Positions 23,478 through 34,381 of a stretch of DNA of 64,000 bases are shown here, in pieces. This DNA comes from Felis catus (lineage: Eukaryota), in NCBI RefSeq assembly GCF_018350175.1, contig NC_058368.1:235974001-236038000 (forward strand). Reading direction: 5' to 3'. The translations under genes were made by a program, and so were the position numbers. Positions within the stretch are counted from its first letter, which is position 1, and every line of letters starts with the position of its first letter. The notes under the pieces were generated by a model, which saw only the letters and a list, made by a program, of their open reading frames with translations, searched no databases and was not told the DNA's origin.

Positions 23478-24010
23478 AGTTTACATCTTTTATCATATTT
23501 CTATTCTGCCATTTATCTTGTTCTTGCTGATTTGCAGTTTTCCCTGCATTCTGAATACTCCCCTTTGTTGTTTTTTTACGCTGGAAACATTTCTCAGTTT
23601 CTCGATTGCCTTTTTCCTATTTTGTGACCTTGGCTGAACAAAACCCTAAAAATTAAATAATGAAATAGAAATTACTCGTCTTTTTCTTCATTGTTTACTT
23701 CTTCTTCCGTTTTATTCTTAAAATGTATATAACATCATTAAAAAAAAATTAAAACTAGCCATGACAGTTTATTTGTGGTCGTCTCTTTTCCCCTGGGACT
23801 ATCGGTTGCTTCTTTCAACTGTCAGTTTTCCATGTATGTGTGGACTTCGGTCTAGGTTTTCTGTTTTATCTCATTTTATCTTTATGGCAAGACCACCACC
23901 TTTGTGATGAGTCTTCATAACAAGTACACGCAAAAAAACTCTCTTTACCACGTTCTTTAACATGTCTGCGACATTTGCTGGGCTTTATTCTTTAAGCATC
24001 AACTGGTCAC

Positions 24011-24180
24011 GGTGCCTGAGTGGCTCAGTTTGTTAAGCATCCAACTTCGGCTCAGGTCAGGGTCTGTGCTGACACCTCAGAGCCTGGAGCCTGCTTTGGA
24101 TTCTGTGTGTCTCTCTCTGTCCTTCCTCCACTCACTCTCTCTGTCTCTCTCTCAAAGTAAATAAATAAACATTAAAAAAA
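24011..24180 (+). mobile_element. Can-SINE with internal ~35-nt deletion
   Basis: CTCAGGTCA joined directly to GGGTCTGTGCTGAC; degenerate TSD AACTGGTCA/AACTAGTCA. Confidence 0.9.
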
Positions 24181-25148
24181 TTAACTAGTCAGTTTTAATG
24201 GCGACAAATTATTGAATTTTATTTGGAATTATGGGACATATATAATTTAGCATTAATTGACATTTATAGGTTACATTTTCTATCAATTCATTTCACTGCC
24301 TTTCAATCAAGCATTGATCGCCATTTGTCTCCTTCAATTCTTGTACCACCATGTGCTAGGTTTATTTTTAGGTAATTGGTAGGTGGCTTCAACTTTGTTC
24401 TTTTTGTAAACATTGCTTATTATTAGATTTTCTGTGTACTGATGATTAATAAGACAGTTCTTCATTTTTGTATATTTATCTTATATCCAGCACTTTGACC
24501 TAAATCTCATAGTAGCCATAATAAATTGTCTATATATGCTTGAAATTTTATACATAGACCTAATATTGTCTCTATGAGAAGATTTTCATTTTCCATTTTC
24601 CTTCCCAATGGATTTTATGATTTATGATTTTGTTTCTTTTTTTATGATTTTGTTTTTGTCCCGTCTTATGGACAAACAACATGTAATGTTGAATTCAGGC
24701 ATTAAAAGAGAGCGTTACTGGCCCATGACTGCCTTTAAAGAGAATACTTTCAATATTCTACCATTAAGTGTAGCTGTTATAGGTTTTGGGTAGATATTCC
24801 ATGTTAGGTTGAGACACTTTTCTATTTCTAGTTTGCAATTAAGGTGTTGAAATTTATCTAAGATTTATCTGCACCTTTTGGAAAGAACATATGATTAAGA
24901 GCTTAATTTTCTAACACGTGAATAAAAACATAGATCCACATAGAATTTATTATTATGTAATCTGTTGGATAAGAAATCCAACTTTATTCTATTTTTTTTA
25001 ATATGCTCCTCTTTGGCCCTAATGTGAAATGTTAAGCAGTGACCCATTAATGTCCCTTTCCCCGTTTTGAATGCCACCTTTCTGAAATAGTGAAACCACA
25101 TACACATTGGTCTGTGTACTTGTAGCCTATATTTTTGTTTTGTTTTTT

Positions 25149-25367
25149 TTTTTAATTTTTTTTTCAACGTTTATTTATTTTTGGGACAGAGAGAGACAGA
25201 GCATGAACGGGGGAGGGGCAGAGAGAGAGGGAGACACAGAATCAGAAACAGGCTCCAGACTCTGAGCCATCAGCCCAGAGCCCGACGCGGGGCTCGAACT
25301 CACGGACCGCGAGATCGTGACCTGGCTGAAGTCGGACGCTTAACCGACTGCGCCACCCAGGCGCCCC
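25149..25367 (-). mobile_element. Young felid SINE (SINEC_Fc-type)
   Basis: Near-consensus and CpG-rich; ends CCGACTGCGCCACCCAGGCGCCCC. Confidence 0.97.
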
Positions 25368-25587
25368 TGTTTTGTCTTTTATAAAATTGTGTGTCTTTTC
25401 CTAGACCAGTACCAATATTTTTTAACTTTTTTAGCTTTGTAATACCTTTTAATATCTGACAGGCCAGTTCCTGCATTTTTTCAAATGATATTTTTGGTTA
25501 TTCTTGTTTATTTGTTATACTCTTATTTTATTTTTTATATATTTTACCAGAATCAAAAAATAAAAATAAATTGTGGTTGACATTTTT

Positions 25588-26188
25588 TTAATGAAATTTA
25601 TTGTCAAATTGGTTTCCACACAACACCCAGTGCTCATCCCAACAGGTGCCCTCCTCCATGCCCATCACCCACCCAACCCTCCCTCCCACCTCCCATCAAC
25701 CCTCTGTTTGTTCTCAGTTTTTATGAGTCTCTTATGGTTTGGCTCCCTCCCTCTCTAACTTTTTTTTTCCTTCCCCTCCCCCATGGTCTTCTGTTAAGTT
25801 TCTCAGGATCCACATAAGAGTGAAAACATATGGTACCTGTCTTTCTCTGCCTGACTTATTTCACTTAGCATATCACTCTCCGTTTCCACCCACGTTGCTA
25901 CAAAAGGCCATATTTTATTCTTTCTCATTGCCAAGTAGCATTCCATTGTATATATAAACCACTTCTTTATCCATTCATCAGTTGATGGATATTTAGGCTC
26001 TTTCCATAATTTGGCTATTGTTGAAAGTGCTACTATAAACATTGGGGTACAAGTGCCCCTATGCATGAGCACTCCTGTGTCCCTTGGGTAAATTCCTAGC
26101 AGTGCTATTGCTGGGTCATAGGGTAGATCGATTTGTAATTTTTGGAGGAACTTCCACACTGTTTTCCAGAGCAGCTGCACTGGTTTGC
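25588..26188 (-). mobile_element. 5'-truncated young felid L1 (ORF2 C-terminus plus 3'UTR)
   Basis: Perfect 18-bp TSD ATTGTGGTTGACATTTTT at 25570-25587 and 26189-26206; carnivore L1 3'UTR. Confidence 0.95.
25803..26180 (-). pseudogene. L1 ORF2 C-terminal fragment (non-functional)
   Basis: Translation LPYDPAIALLGIYP...CTPMFI...IAKLWKEPK...DEWIKK...MLSEISQ...YHMFSL is the conserved L1 ORF2p C-terminus. Confidence 0.92.
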
Positions 26189-26227
26189 ATTGTGGTTGAC
26201 ATTTTTATTGGAACCATAATAAAATAG

Positions 26228-26542
26228 GGTTTTGCCACTTATTTAATAAAAATATTATGGGCATATTTATACAATTTCTTTTGTAGACATGTGTTTTCAT
26301 TTCTCTCCAGTAAACCACCAGAGTGGAATTGCTTCATCGTAGGGTGGACCTGTGTTTAGCTTTAGAAGACACTTCCAGACCATTTTCAAAAATGTTTTTG
26401 CCACTTTCTAGTCTCACCAGCAAGGTGTAAAGATTCCAGTGGCTCTACATCCTCACGACATTTGTTGTCATTTTAAAAATTTTAGCCATTCTACCGGTTG
26501 GGAGTTGTGTCTCCATAGTCTGGACACAGTCCCTTGTCAGAT
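26228..26542 (-). mobile_element. Old L1M ORF2 3' fragment (inverted segment)
   Basis: TGTTTTCATTTCTCT...GAGTGGAATTGCT...TTCCAGTGGCTCTACATCCTC...TTTAGCCATTCTA antisense L1. Confidence 0.8.
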
Positions 26543-26756
26543 CAGCAGGCCAAAAATGAGTAACAATTCAGATGTCCATAACCAGGACAGTTGTGCTCTA
26601 ATCATGCAATAGCAAATATATATATTACATATAATTTAGTATGTGGGTATTATATCGAGCAAAATCAATCAGCCACAATAGGAATACATATTGCATGGTC
26701 CCATTTACGTGTAGCTCAAAAATAGGTACAACTGACACACAACGACAGGCATCACA

Positions 26757-26971
26757 GGGACCCCTGGGGGGCTCAGTCGGTCGAGCGTCCGACTTCGGCT
26801 CAGGTCATGATCTCGCGGTCCGTGGGCTGGAGCCCCGCGTCGGGCTCTGTGCTGATGGCTCGGAGCCCAGAGCCTACTTCTGATTCTGTGTCTCCCTCTC
26901 TCTCTGCTCCTCCCCCGCTCACACTCTGTCTCTGTCTCTCAAAAAGAAATAAACATCAAAAACAACAAGAA
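26757..26971 (+). mobile_element. Can-SINE
   Basis: Full head, CT block and A tail. Confidence 0.94.
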
Positions 26972-27033
26972 ACCGGCACCACGGTAACACTTGCATGCAA
27001 CTGGAAGGGTGTAATGAAAAGTGTCACAGAAGA

Positions 27034-27162
27034 GGGGCATCTGGCTGGCTCAGTCGGAAGAGCATGCAACCCTTGATCTCGGGGCTGCGGGTTTCAAACA
27101 CCATATTGGGTGTGGAAATTACTTAAAATGAGTAAATAAAACCTCAAAAAACTTAAAAAAAT
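27034..27162 (+). mobile_element. Short old Can-SINE
   Basis: TSD AAAAGTGTCACAGAAGA / AAAAGTGCCACAAAAGA. Confidence 0.9.
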
Positions 27163-27334
27163 AAAAGTGCCACAAAAGAAATGTCAGAGTGATTGGAGAA
27201 AAGTCTAGATGTGATTGGAGTGAGAGGTTCATAGGGATGTAAAACTATTACTGTTCCTCCGACTATACACTCAGGATGTGCACATTTCACTGTGTGTCAA
27301 TTACATGTCAATACTGAAAAGTTTAAAAATGCAT

Positions 27335-27990
27335 AGTTAGGTTTGAAAGTGGTTTCTATGTTTATATTTCTGCCCAATAAATTATATTTCTTACGCACCA
27401 AATTTTTCTAAATTCTCATGCTAGAGATCTAAAACATTTTTCATGCAGTATGCATCCCTTAAATTTATTCCTACTTATCTTAAATTTTTGTAACTTTTGA
27501 AAACTGAGCATTCTTTCCCCTCTGTGCGTTAGACTGATATCTGAATCTCAATTTTATGTTGACACTCATCAGCAATCTTCTTCCGTTGCCCTTCTTCCAG
27601 TTTTCCATATTAAACATTTCACAGAATTTGCAAGCTAATGTCCACTTACACTTCTCCATTGCTTTTGTGATGTCTTCGGTCCAGTTGTGATGGCTGGTTC
27701 TTCCACAACAATGGCACTAATTATAATAAGGAAGAACTTCCCTGCCTTTTCCCTGAGTGTAAACGGAACGATAATCTAAAGGGAATGATGCACTTTCTAC
27801 CTGATGATGCATCATTTATTGCTATTTTGCTAAGAATTTTTGAAATGGTGAATAATTAATGAAAACATGTCTTTTTTCAGCATCCACGGGTGTGGGGTTT
27901 TTTTTGAACTTTCTCCTAATCTATTATCATACTGAACACAGTAAAAGATTTCTTAGTGTGCTTTCTCCTTCATTGTTTCACTTTTCTTGC
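27335..27990 (-). mobile_element. Degraded L1M ORF2 fragment
   Basis: TTAAATTTATTCCTA; ATTTTGCTAAGAATTTTT antisense L1 motifs. Confidence 0.5.
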
Positions 27991-28001
27991 TGCATATTTA
28001 A

Positions 28002-28208
28002 TTTTTTTTTTCATTTTTCAAAAATGTTATTGGAGAGAGAGAGAGCAAGTGGGGGAGAGAGGGGCAGAGGGAAAGAGAGAGAGACTCTTAAAAAGACTCC
28101 AAACTGAGTGCAGAGCCTAACACGGGCTCCATCCCGTGACCTTGGGATCATGACCTGAGCCGAAATCAAGAGTCAGAAACTCAACAGACTGAGCCATCCA
28201 GGTGCCCC
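28002..28208 (-). mobile_element. Can-SINE
   Basis: GATCATGACCTGAGCCGAAATCAAGAGTC...CTGAGCCATCCAGGTGCCCC. Confidence 0.92.
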
Positions 28209-28534
28209 TTTCTTAACACTTTTTAATTTTTTTTTTCTGAGTGATGTGATTCGTCCTATTTATGAGTATAACAGGGTTGGGTTTGTGTGTAGGTAAGTGA
28301 TTATCCAAACGGATGAGAAAAAATGATATAAACGTGTCTTTCTTAAGTCAAAGAGATTCATTGATCATCTCTCTGGAGCTGGGATAGTGAATCATTGCAG
28401 CAAGGACCCATCTAGTGTTCCTTATCTTCTCTTGCAACCATTCATGGGGACATGGAGCCGTGACTGCAGGGGTGTGTCGGGCTGGGATCCAGGGACTCTA
28501 GCCCTGAATCTGTGTGGCAAAGAAAGGTGCTCTA

Positions 28535-28760
28535 GAGGTGCCTGGGTGGCTCAGTCGGTTAAGTGTCCGACTTTGGCTCAGATCATGATTTAATGGCTCG
28601 TGGGTTCAAGCCCCGCATCAGGCTCTGTGCTGACAGCTCGGAGCCTGGATCCTGCTTCAGATTCTGTGTCTCCCTCTCTGTCTGCTCCTCCCCTGATCAT
28701 GCTCTGTCTCTCTGTCTCAAAAATAAATAAAAACATTTAAAAATTAAAAAAAAAAAAAAA
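28535..28760 (+). mobile_element. Can-SINE
   Basis: Full-length with poly(A). Confidence 0.95.
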
Positions 28761-28899
28761 GAAAGAGAGGGAGAGAGATTCCCAAGCAGGTCCTGTGCTG
28801 TCAGCTCCGATGCTGGGCTTGAACTCATGAAACATGAGATCATGACCTAAGCCAAAACAAGAGCCAGTGGCTTAACCAACTGAGCCCCCCAGGTGCCCC
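28761..28899 (-). mobile_element. Can-SINE lacking its tail, fused to the previous SINE
   Basis: Begins in the (GA) block directly after the neighbour's poly(A); ends CAGGTGCCCC. Confidence 0.9.
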
Positions 28900-29007
28900 A
28901 ACCATGTATATATTTGCTAATGTAATATAACACAAGAGCTCCCATTCACGTCAGTTTTCACCAGTCCCTGCACACTTGTTTCTTCAGACGGTGCTCATCT
29001 GCAGCTT

Positions 29008-29364
29008 TGCTAGTCTGGTGGCCGAGCTCCCTTGCAAAGTACTGATATGTTGAAATCTAATGCCCAAGGTGATGTCTCAGAGGATGGGGACTTTGGCAGG
29101 TGATTATATTAGGAGGGCGTCAGGAATGGGATTTAGGGCCCTGGGAGGAGCAACCCCAGAGACCACCAGCACCCCCTCTGCCCCTGTGAGAGCACAAGGA
29201 GATGTCTGTCTAGGAAGCAGGAGGCAGGTTCTCTCAGACCCTGAATCTTCTGACACCTTGATCCTGGATGACCCAGCCTCTAGTACTGTGAGAACTACAG
29301 GTCTGTGGTTCATAAGCCACATAGTATATGGTGCTTTATTCCAGCCTGAATGGAGCAGGGCACA
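29008..29364 (+). mobile_element. MaLR solo LTR (MLT1A-like)
   Basis: ATATGTTGAAATCTAA; GACACCTTGATCCTGGA; CCAGCCTCTAGTACTGTGAGAA; TTCATAAGCCAC. Confidence 0.85.
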
Positions 29365-29829
29365 GAGCAACCGTCTTTCCATGCCCTGTGTCTGTCTATG
29401 TAATGCTGGGACCCTTCTGCCCTGTTCCAACCTCACCAGTTGAACATCCCAAGAGCCCGGCGACCACCACGAGAAACAAAGATGGAAATGTACGCCCAGA
29501 GAACCTGCCTCTCCTCTCTGGTGATGAGGTAAGGGCAGCTTGGAGGTGATATAGATCGGAGAAGTCGGGGAGCTTGGAGAGTGGAAAAGACCAGAGGTGG
29601 GAGGGAAGAGGGTCTCCCATCGCAAGGACAAGGTGGGTGATGAGGAAGGCGTGGAAGGTTGAGACTTCACACAAGAACAACCCTTGACCTCCCTGGGATG
29701 CAGAGAGGTGTTTTGGGAACAACAGCATGAAAGGAGATCCAGCCAGGCCAGGATGGAACCAAGTACGGGCAGAAGGGGGGCAGGGGGCTGAAAGGTAATC
29801 ATCGCTGAGCAGCTAAATAGCTCTCAACA

Positions 29830-30598
29830 TGTTATATGAACGTATGTTCCCTTCCAGGGTATGTAATTCCCTATCTCTTCATTACTCTTGTGAATGTTTG
29901 CAATTGTTACGTATTTATAATTTTTTGCTAATCTAAAGGATATGTCAGTATGTCACGGTGCTTTGTGCATTTTGTTGATAACTAGGAAGGTTGGGCTACT
30001 TTTTCTTGTCTATTGGTTATTTGTGTTTATTGTCTCTGAATTTCTTATTCATATACTTTATCTTTCTTCTAGATGGTGAGATAAATATTTATCAGGTTAT
30101 GAATTTACATTTGATTTCTGGCTTGCTAGTGGTTTGTATCATAAATGGATGATGGGTTTTATTAAATGTGTTTTATGCAGCTTTAAGATGATCAAAAGTA
30201 ATTTTTCCTTAAACTGTTAGTTTAGTATATTACATGAACAGATTTTTGGATGCTTAACTGTGTTTGAATTCCTTAGATATAGCTGACTTTGCTTGCATTT
30301 TAATTAACTTTGCATCTAAATTTATAAGTAAGATTAGTTTATGATAATGTTTTCTTATATTTTTATGTGTGGTTTTAAATCAAGTTATAGCGGCCTTAAA
30401 ATAAAAGTTGGGTAGCTCTCATTTTATCCCTAGATTGTGAACATTAAAAACAAAGAAATAGCAATTATTAGTCGCCTTGGATGGATTAAACATTTTTGAC
30501 TGTAAAATTAACTGAGCCTAATATCTTCCTGTGGGAGGTAGTTTGGGGGGGGGGCAAGAAGGAGGAAAAAATTGTTACTGAGTCAATTTCTTTAATGG
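29830..30598 (-). mobile_element. Degraded L1M ORF2 fragments
   Basis: ATCATAAATGGATGATGGGTTTTATTAAATG; TTTGCATCTAAATTTATAAGTAAGATT; GAGTCAATTTCTTTAATGGT. Confidence 0.6.
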
Positions 30599-30599
30599 T

Positions 30600-31411
30600 T
30601 GTGGTAGACTGAATAACAGTCCCCAAGATATCCCCATCTTCGTCCCCAGAACCTGGGAATCTTAATCACCTAGTATGGCAAACGGGACATTTGCACGTGT
30701 GGTATCATGACAGATCTTGGGATGGTTGCCCCAGATCATGAGGTGACCCTGTACATTGTCACACGTGTCCTAATAAGAAGGAGGCCCAGAGAGGTCTGAA
30801 GATAGATATGAGGGGAGCAGGAGACTGACGTGACACAGGGATGGTCATCGGCCTAGAGATGCGGGTAGCCTTTGGAAGCTCAAAGCCAAGGAAGCATTTC
30901 TCCTCCAGAGCCCCCAGGAGGCCCAGTGACACTGCAGCCTTCTGGTCTCCAAAAGGTGAGAGAGTGAAACTACATTGTCGCAAGCCACTAGCTTGTGAGG
31001 ATTCACCTGTTTCACGCGGCCCTGGGAGCCAAGGAGCCGCGCAGACCAGCTCCTCCAGGGCTCCATCTAATGGACAGTGTTGTAAAGACTGCTGTGTTCT
31101 TCTTTGTTTTTTGCTTTTAAGGTTTTTCTTTTAAAAAAAAAATTTTTTTAACGTTTATTTATTTTGAGAGAGACAGAGACAGAATGCGAGTGGGTTAGGG
31201 GCAGAAAGAGAGGGAGACACAGAATCCGAAGCAGCCTCTGGGCTCTGAGCTGGCAGCACAGAGCCCGACGTGGGGCTCGGGTTCAAGAACCGCGAGATCA
31301 TGACCTGAGCTGAAGACAGACGCTTAATCGACTGAGCTACCCAGGTGCCCCATGACTGCTGTGTTCTGAGCGCTAGTGTTTCCTGCTCAGTATAGCAGTT
31401 CAGAATGTACT
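30600..31411 (+). mobile_element. MaLR LTR (MLT1C/D-like, possibly composite) interrupted by a SINE
   Basis: Starts TGTGGTAGACTGAATAA; TCCCCAGAACCTGGGAAT; TTCTCCTCCAGAGCCCCCAG; two LTR-3'-like segments. Confidence 0.75.
31101..31351 (-). mobile_element. Can-SINE
   Basis: TSD GACTGCTGTGTTCT at 31087-31100 and 31354-31367. Confidence 0.95.
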
Positions 31412-33249
31412 GTTTCATGCAAGTTTTGCAATAAATAAATAAATAGGGAAATAATATTTTAATAACATCCAAATTCTACATTAATCAATGTTTTGTAAAT
31501 AGCAGCCCAGGGTTATAAGGGAATAAATTACTCACTATTGATTCCACTGTTTTCTAGGAGTGCTATTCATTTAACTTCATCTTGAATCCACGAAAACCAA
31601 GGACCAGGTCCTCGTTTGGTCTTCTGTCTCTCACGCTCCATTAATTCTTTCGTGTATTAATTATCTACTTCCCTAACGCTGTGATTGGTAGCATTTCAAA
31701 TCGTCATTGAAGCAAACTATTTTAAGGGGGCTTCTCCGAATATAAAAATAATACGTGCGCAATTAAAAACCATAAAACGCACCTTGGGATTCACAGAAAG
31801 GTCTGAAGAAGGAATGAAACAGGGACCGTGACCCCCCAGGTGTAAGCTTAGTGGCAAACCCTGTATATTCACGTGCAGTCTGGTCTCTCAATAAAGTTCA
31901 ATAAAGATAGTTACAAGGGTAGATGCACGTTAGATGTATATTTAAATCTTGCTATTCTGTTGACTTGCGGCATGCATTCAGAATGTCTCCACCAAATAGG
32001 AAAAACACTTCCTTCCAAAAGAGGCTCTGTTCTGGAATCCACTAGGTTATTCCTGAATTATTGCACTGCGATTGTACATTTGAAATAATTCATTTACCGT
32101 AGTTATTTTTCACTTGCTATATTTCCATATGTCTGTTCTTCACCGGTTACCTCTCTCCCTTTGGTTTACAACCTCATCAACCATTCTATTTCCAGACTTT
32201 AGGATAGTTTTGTACTCCCACAGAGGTATTATTTTTAATAATGTCCTAATTCTACATTTGGCAACATCTTCTGAATGGCGCACCAAATTTTAACAGCGAC
32301 GAATCATTGATTGTGAATTTCATTGTCGTAGATGAGTGCTGGACGTTTAGATCCATCACAATAAAACTCTACACAGTAAGTTTACGACCTTCCGCATAAG
32401 CGTGTTCTAGAGTGATCTGCCCCGCGATGATTAAAACCGATGCATGAAATACACAGCGAACCAAGACGAAGTTCTGAATCGATTCAAGTTCCTCTTTGTG
32501 TACTGGTTGTGCTGCAACGTTTGTGAAAGTCATCCTTGCTCGTAGAGCTGCGTGCAGGGTTGTCCAGGACTCAGGTCCCTCACCCACATTCGGCCACCAT
32601 GAACGAAGAAAGGAGAGGTGAACGTGGCATTGCCTGTGTGGAGGCTGCGTGAGGGTCGGAAGGCTGGAGCGACACGTGCAGGGGTGAAGCAGAGACGTGA
32701 GTCCGCCTTTATCTGAGGAGGCTTCACGTTTGGTGTTTGACATCCTTTCACACTAACCTCCGCATCGTCCTCGACCGTCGCAGCCTGTGTGACCTTCCCA
32801 AAATTGGCGGGGATTTGTTCTTACCTAGAGACCTCGCTCATGAGGGGCCACCCTTGTCCCAGCCGCCCAGCCCAAAGTGATGACACATCTGCCTTCCTCG
32901 CGTGCTCCAGGCATTGGAAGCAAACATCTCCGGAAGCAAACATCTCCGTGGGCGAGGAGTGAGGGACACAGAGAAGACATTGAGTGTGGGGTGAAGGAAC
33001 AGACTGGAGCCTGGTGTGTGCGAATGAGGGTGGCAGGTACCTTTTCTCAGAAAGAGAATGAGCTTTATGGGCACTGCCCCCCCCCCCAGATAAAATGCAA
33101 CACACACACACGCACACACACACGCACACACTCACACTAGAGCTACTTTGGATTTTAGGGGATGTGGCTTCTCTCCAAAGGCTAGGTTCAAGATGCTCAC
33201 AGGAGCTAAAAGTCCTTCAAGCGCTAGAATTCCATTACTGATCTAGCCT

Positions 33250-33795
33250 ACCCAATCTGAACAAGAGACAAAAAAGATGGAAAAAAATAGAATAGTGCCG
33301 CAGGGGACAGGTGGAGTGCAACAAAGGATGTGGCATTTGTGTCATCAGAGCCCTGGAAGACGAGGAGCCAGAGAGCAGGAAAAACTCTCAAAAAAATAAA
33401 GGCTGAAAACTTGCCACATGTAGAAAGAGACAAGAGACACAAACCTACAAGATTAAGAAGCTACCTGACCTGCAAATAAAATGAGCCTTAAAAAAATCAC
33501 GCAAAACACATCAAAATTAGACGCATGAAAACGACAATGAGCACGGGTTACTTGTTGGCCGTGGTTAAGGAGGAAAGTGGTTCCGGCTCCAGAAGGGACA
33601 AGAGGAGGTCATCATGGTGCCCAAAAGGCTTTGTATGTGGGCTGCCAATGCCAATATTCTGGTTGTGACATTCACTATAGTTTCACAAGATGTTACCATT
33701 GGGAGAAACTGGGTAAGGTGCACGTAGTCTCTCTCTGTATTATTTCCTACAACTGCATGTGACTATACATTCATCTAAAAAGAAAGTTCTTAAAA
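33250..33795 (+). mobile_element. L1MC1-like element: ORF1 fragment fused to 3'UTR
   Basis: CCCAATCTGAACAA...GGCTGAAAACTT...AAACCTACAAGATT (ORF1) then GATGTTACCATTGGGAGAAACTGGGTAAGG...TACAACTGCATGTG (L1MC1 3' end). Confidence 0.8.
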
Positions 33796-33806
33796 TGATA
33801 GATGTC

Positions 33807-34030
33807 GGGTTGCCTGGGTGGCTCAGTTAGTTGAGCGTTCGACTCTTGATTTTGGCTCACGTCATGATCTCATGGTTCTGGAGCTCGATCCCCACATCAG
33901 GCTCTGCACTGACAGTGGAGAGCTGGCTTGAGATTCTCTCTCTCCCTCTCTCTCTGTCCCTCCCCCCTTTCTCAAAATAAATGAATAAATTTAAAAAGAG
34001 AAAGAATTTGTCACAAAAGTAAAATAAAAT
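33807..34030 (+). mobile_element. Can-SINE
   Basis: Head, CT block, A-rich tail. Confidence 0.92.
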
Positions 34031-34159
34031 AAGATAATAAATGTCAGTGGACATTTTCAAATGCAGCAGATTAAAAAACTTCTTAAAGAGTAAACTTTGA
34101 AGTTTACTTATCTTTTACTCTTTAAAATGTTTACTCTAAAATTTAAAGTAAACTATTTA

Positions 34160-34381
34160 TTTTTAAACTATATTTTTAAATGTTTATTTTTTTATTTTTG
34201 AAAGAGAGAGCACAAGCAGGGGAGGGACAGAGAGAAAGAGAGGGAGATACAGAATCCAAAGCAGGCTCCAGGTTCTGAGCTGTCAGACCAGAGCCTGACA
34301 CAGGGCTCAAACCCAGGGACTATGAGATCATGACTTGATCCAAAGTCAGACACTTAACCCACTGAGCCACCCTGGTGCCCC
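34160..34381 (-). mobile_element. Can-SINE
   Basis: TSD TAAAGTAAACTATTTA / TAAAGTAAACTCTTTA. Confidence 0.94.

Larger units (their letters stand above)
22540..25560 (-). mobile_element. Degraded old L1M (L1ME-like) block interrupted by SINEs
   Basis: T-rich antisense L1 3'UTR/ORF2 motifs, e.g. TTTTTGTATATTTATCTTATATCCAGCACTTTG and TTCTACCATTAAGT...TAGATATTC. Confidence 0.65.
26545..27330 (+). mobile_element. Old L1M (L1MC/ME-like) 3' end interrupted by two SINEs
   Basis: CAGATGTCCAT; AATACATATTGCATGGTCCCATTTAC; TGTGCACATTTCACTGTGTGTCAATTACATGTCAATA. Confidence 0.75.

Noticed and set aside
29104..29802. 232-aa minus-strand ORF, the longest in the track
   Set aside because: Partly antisense to an MLT1 LTR (typical 'VLTVLEAGSSRIKV' translation); no protein signature.
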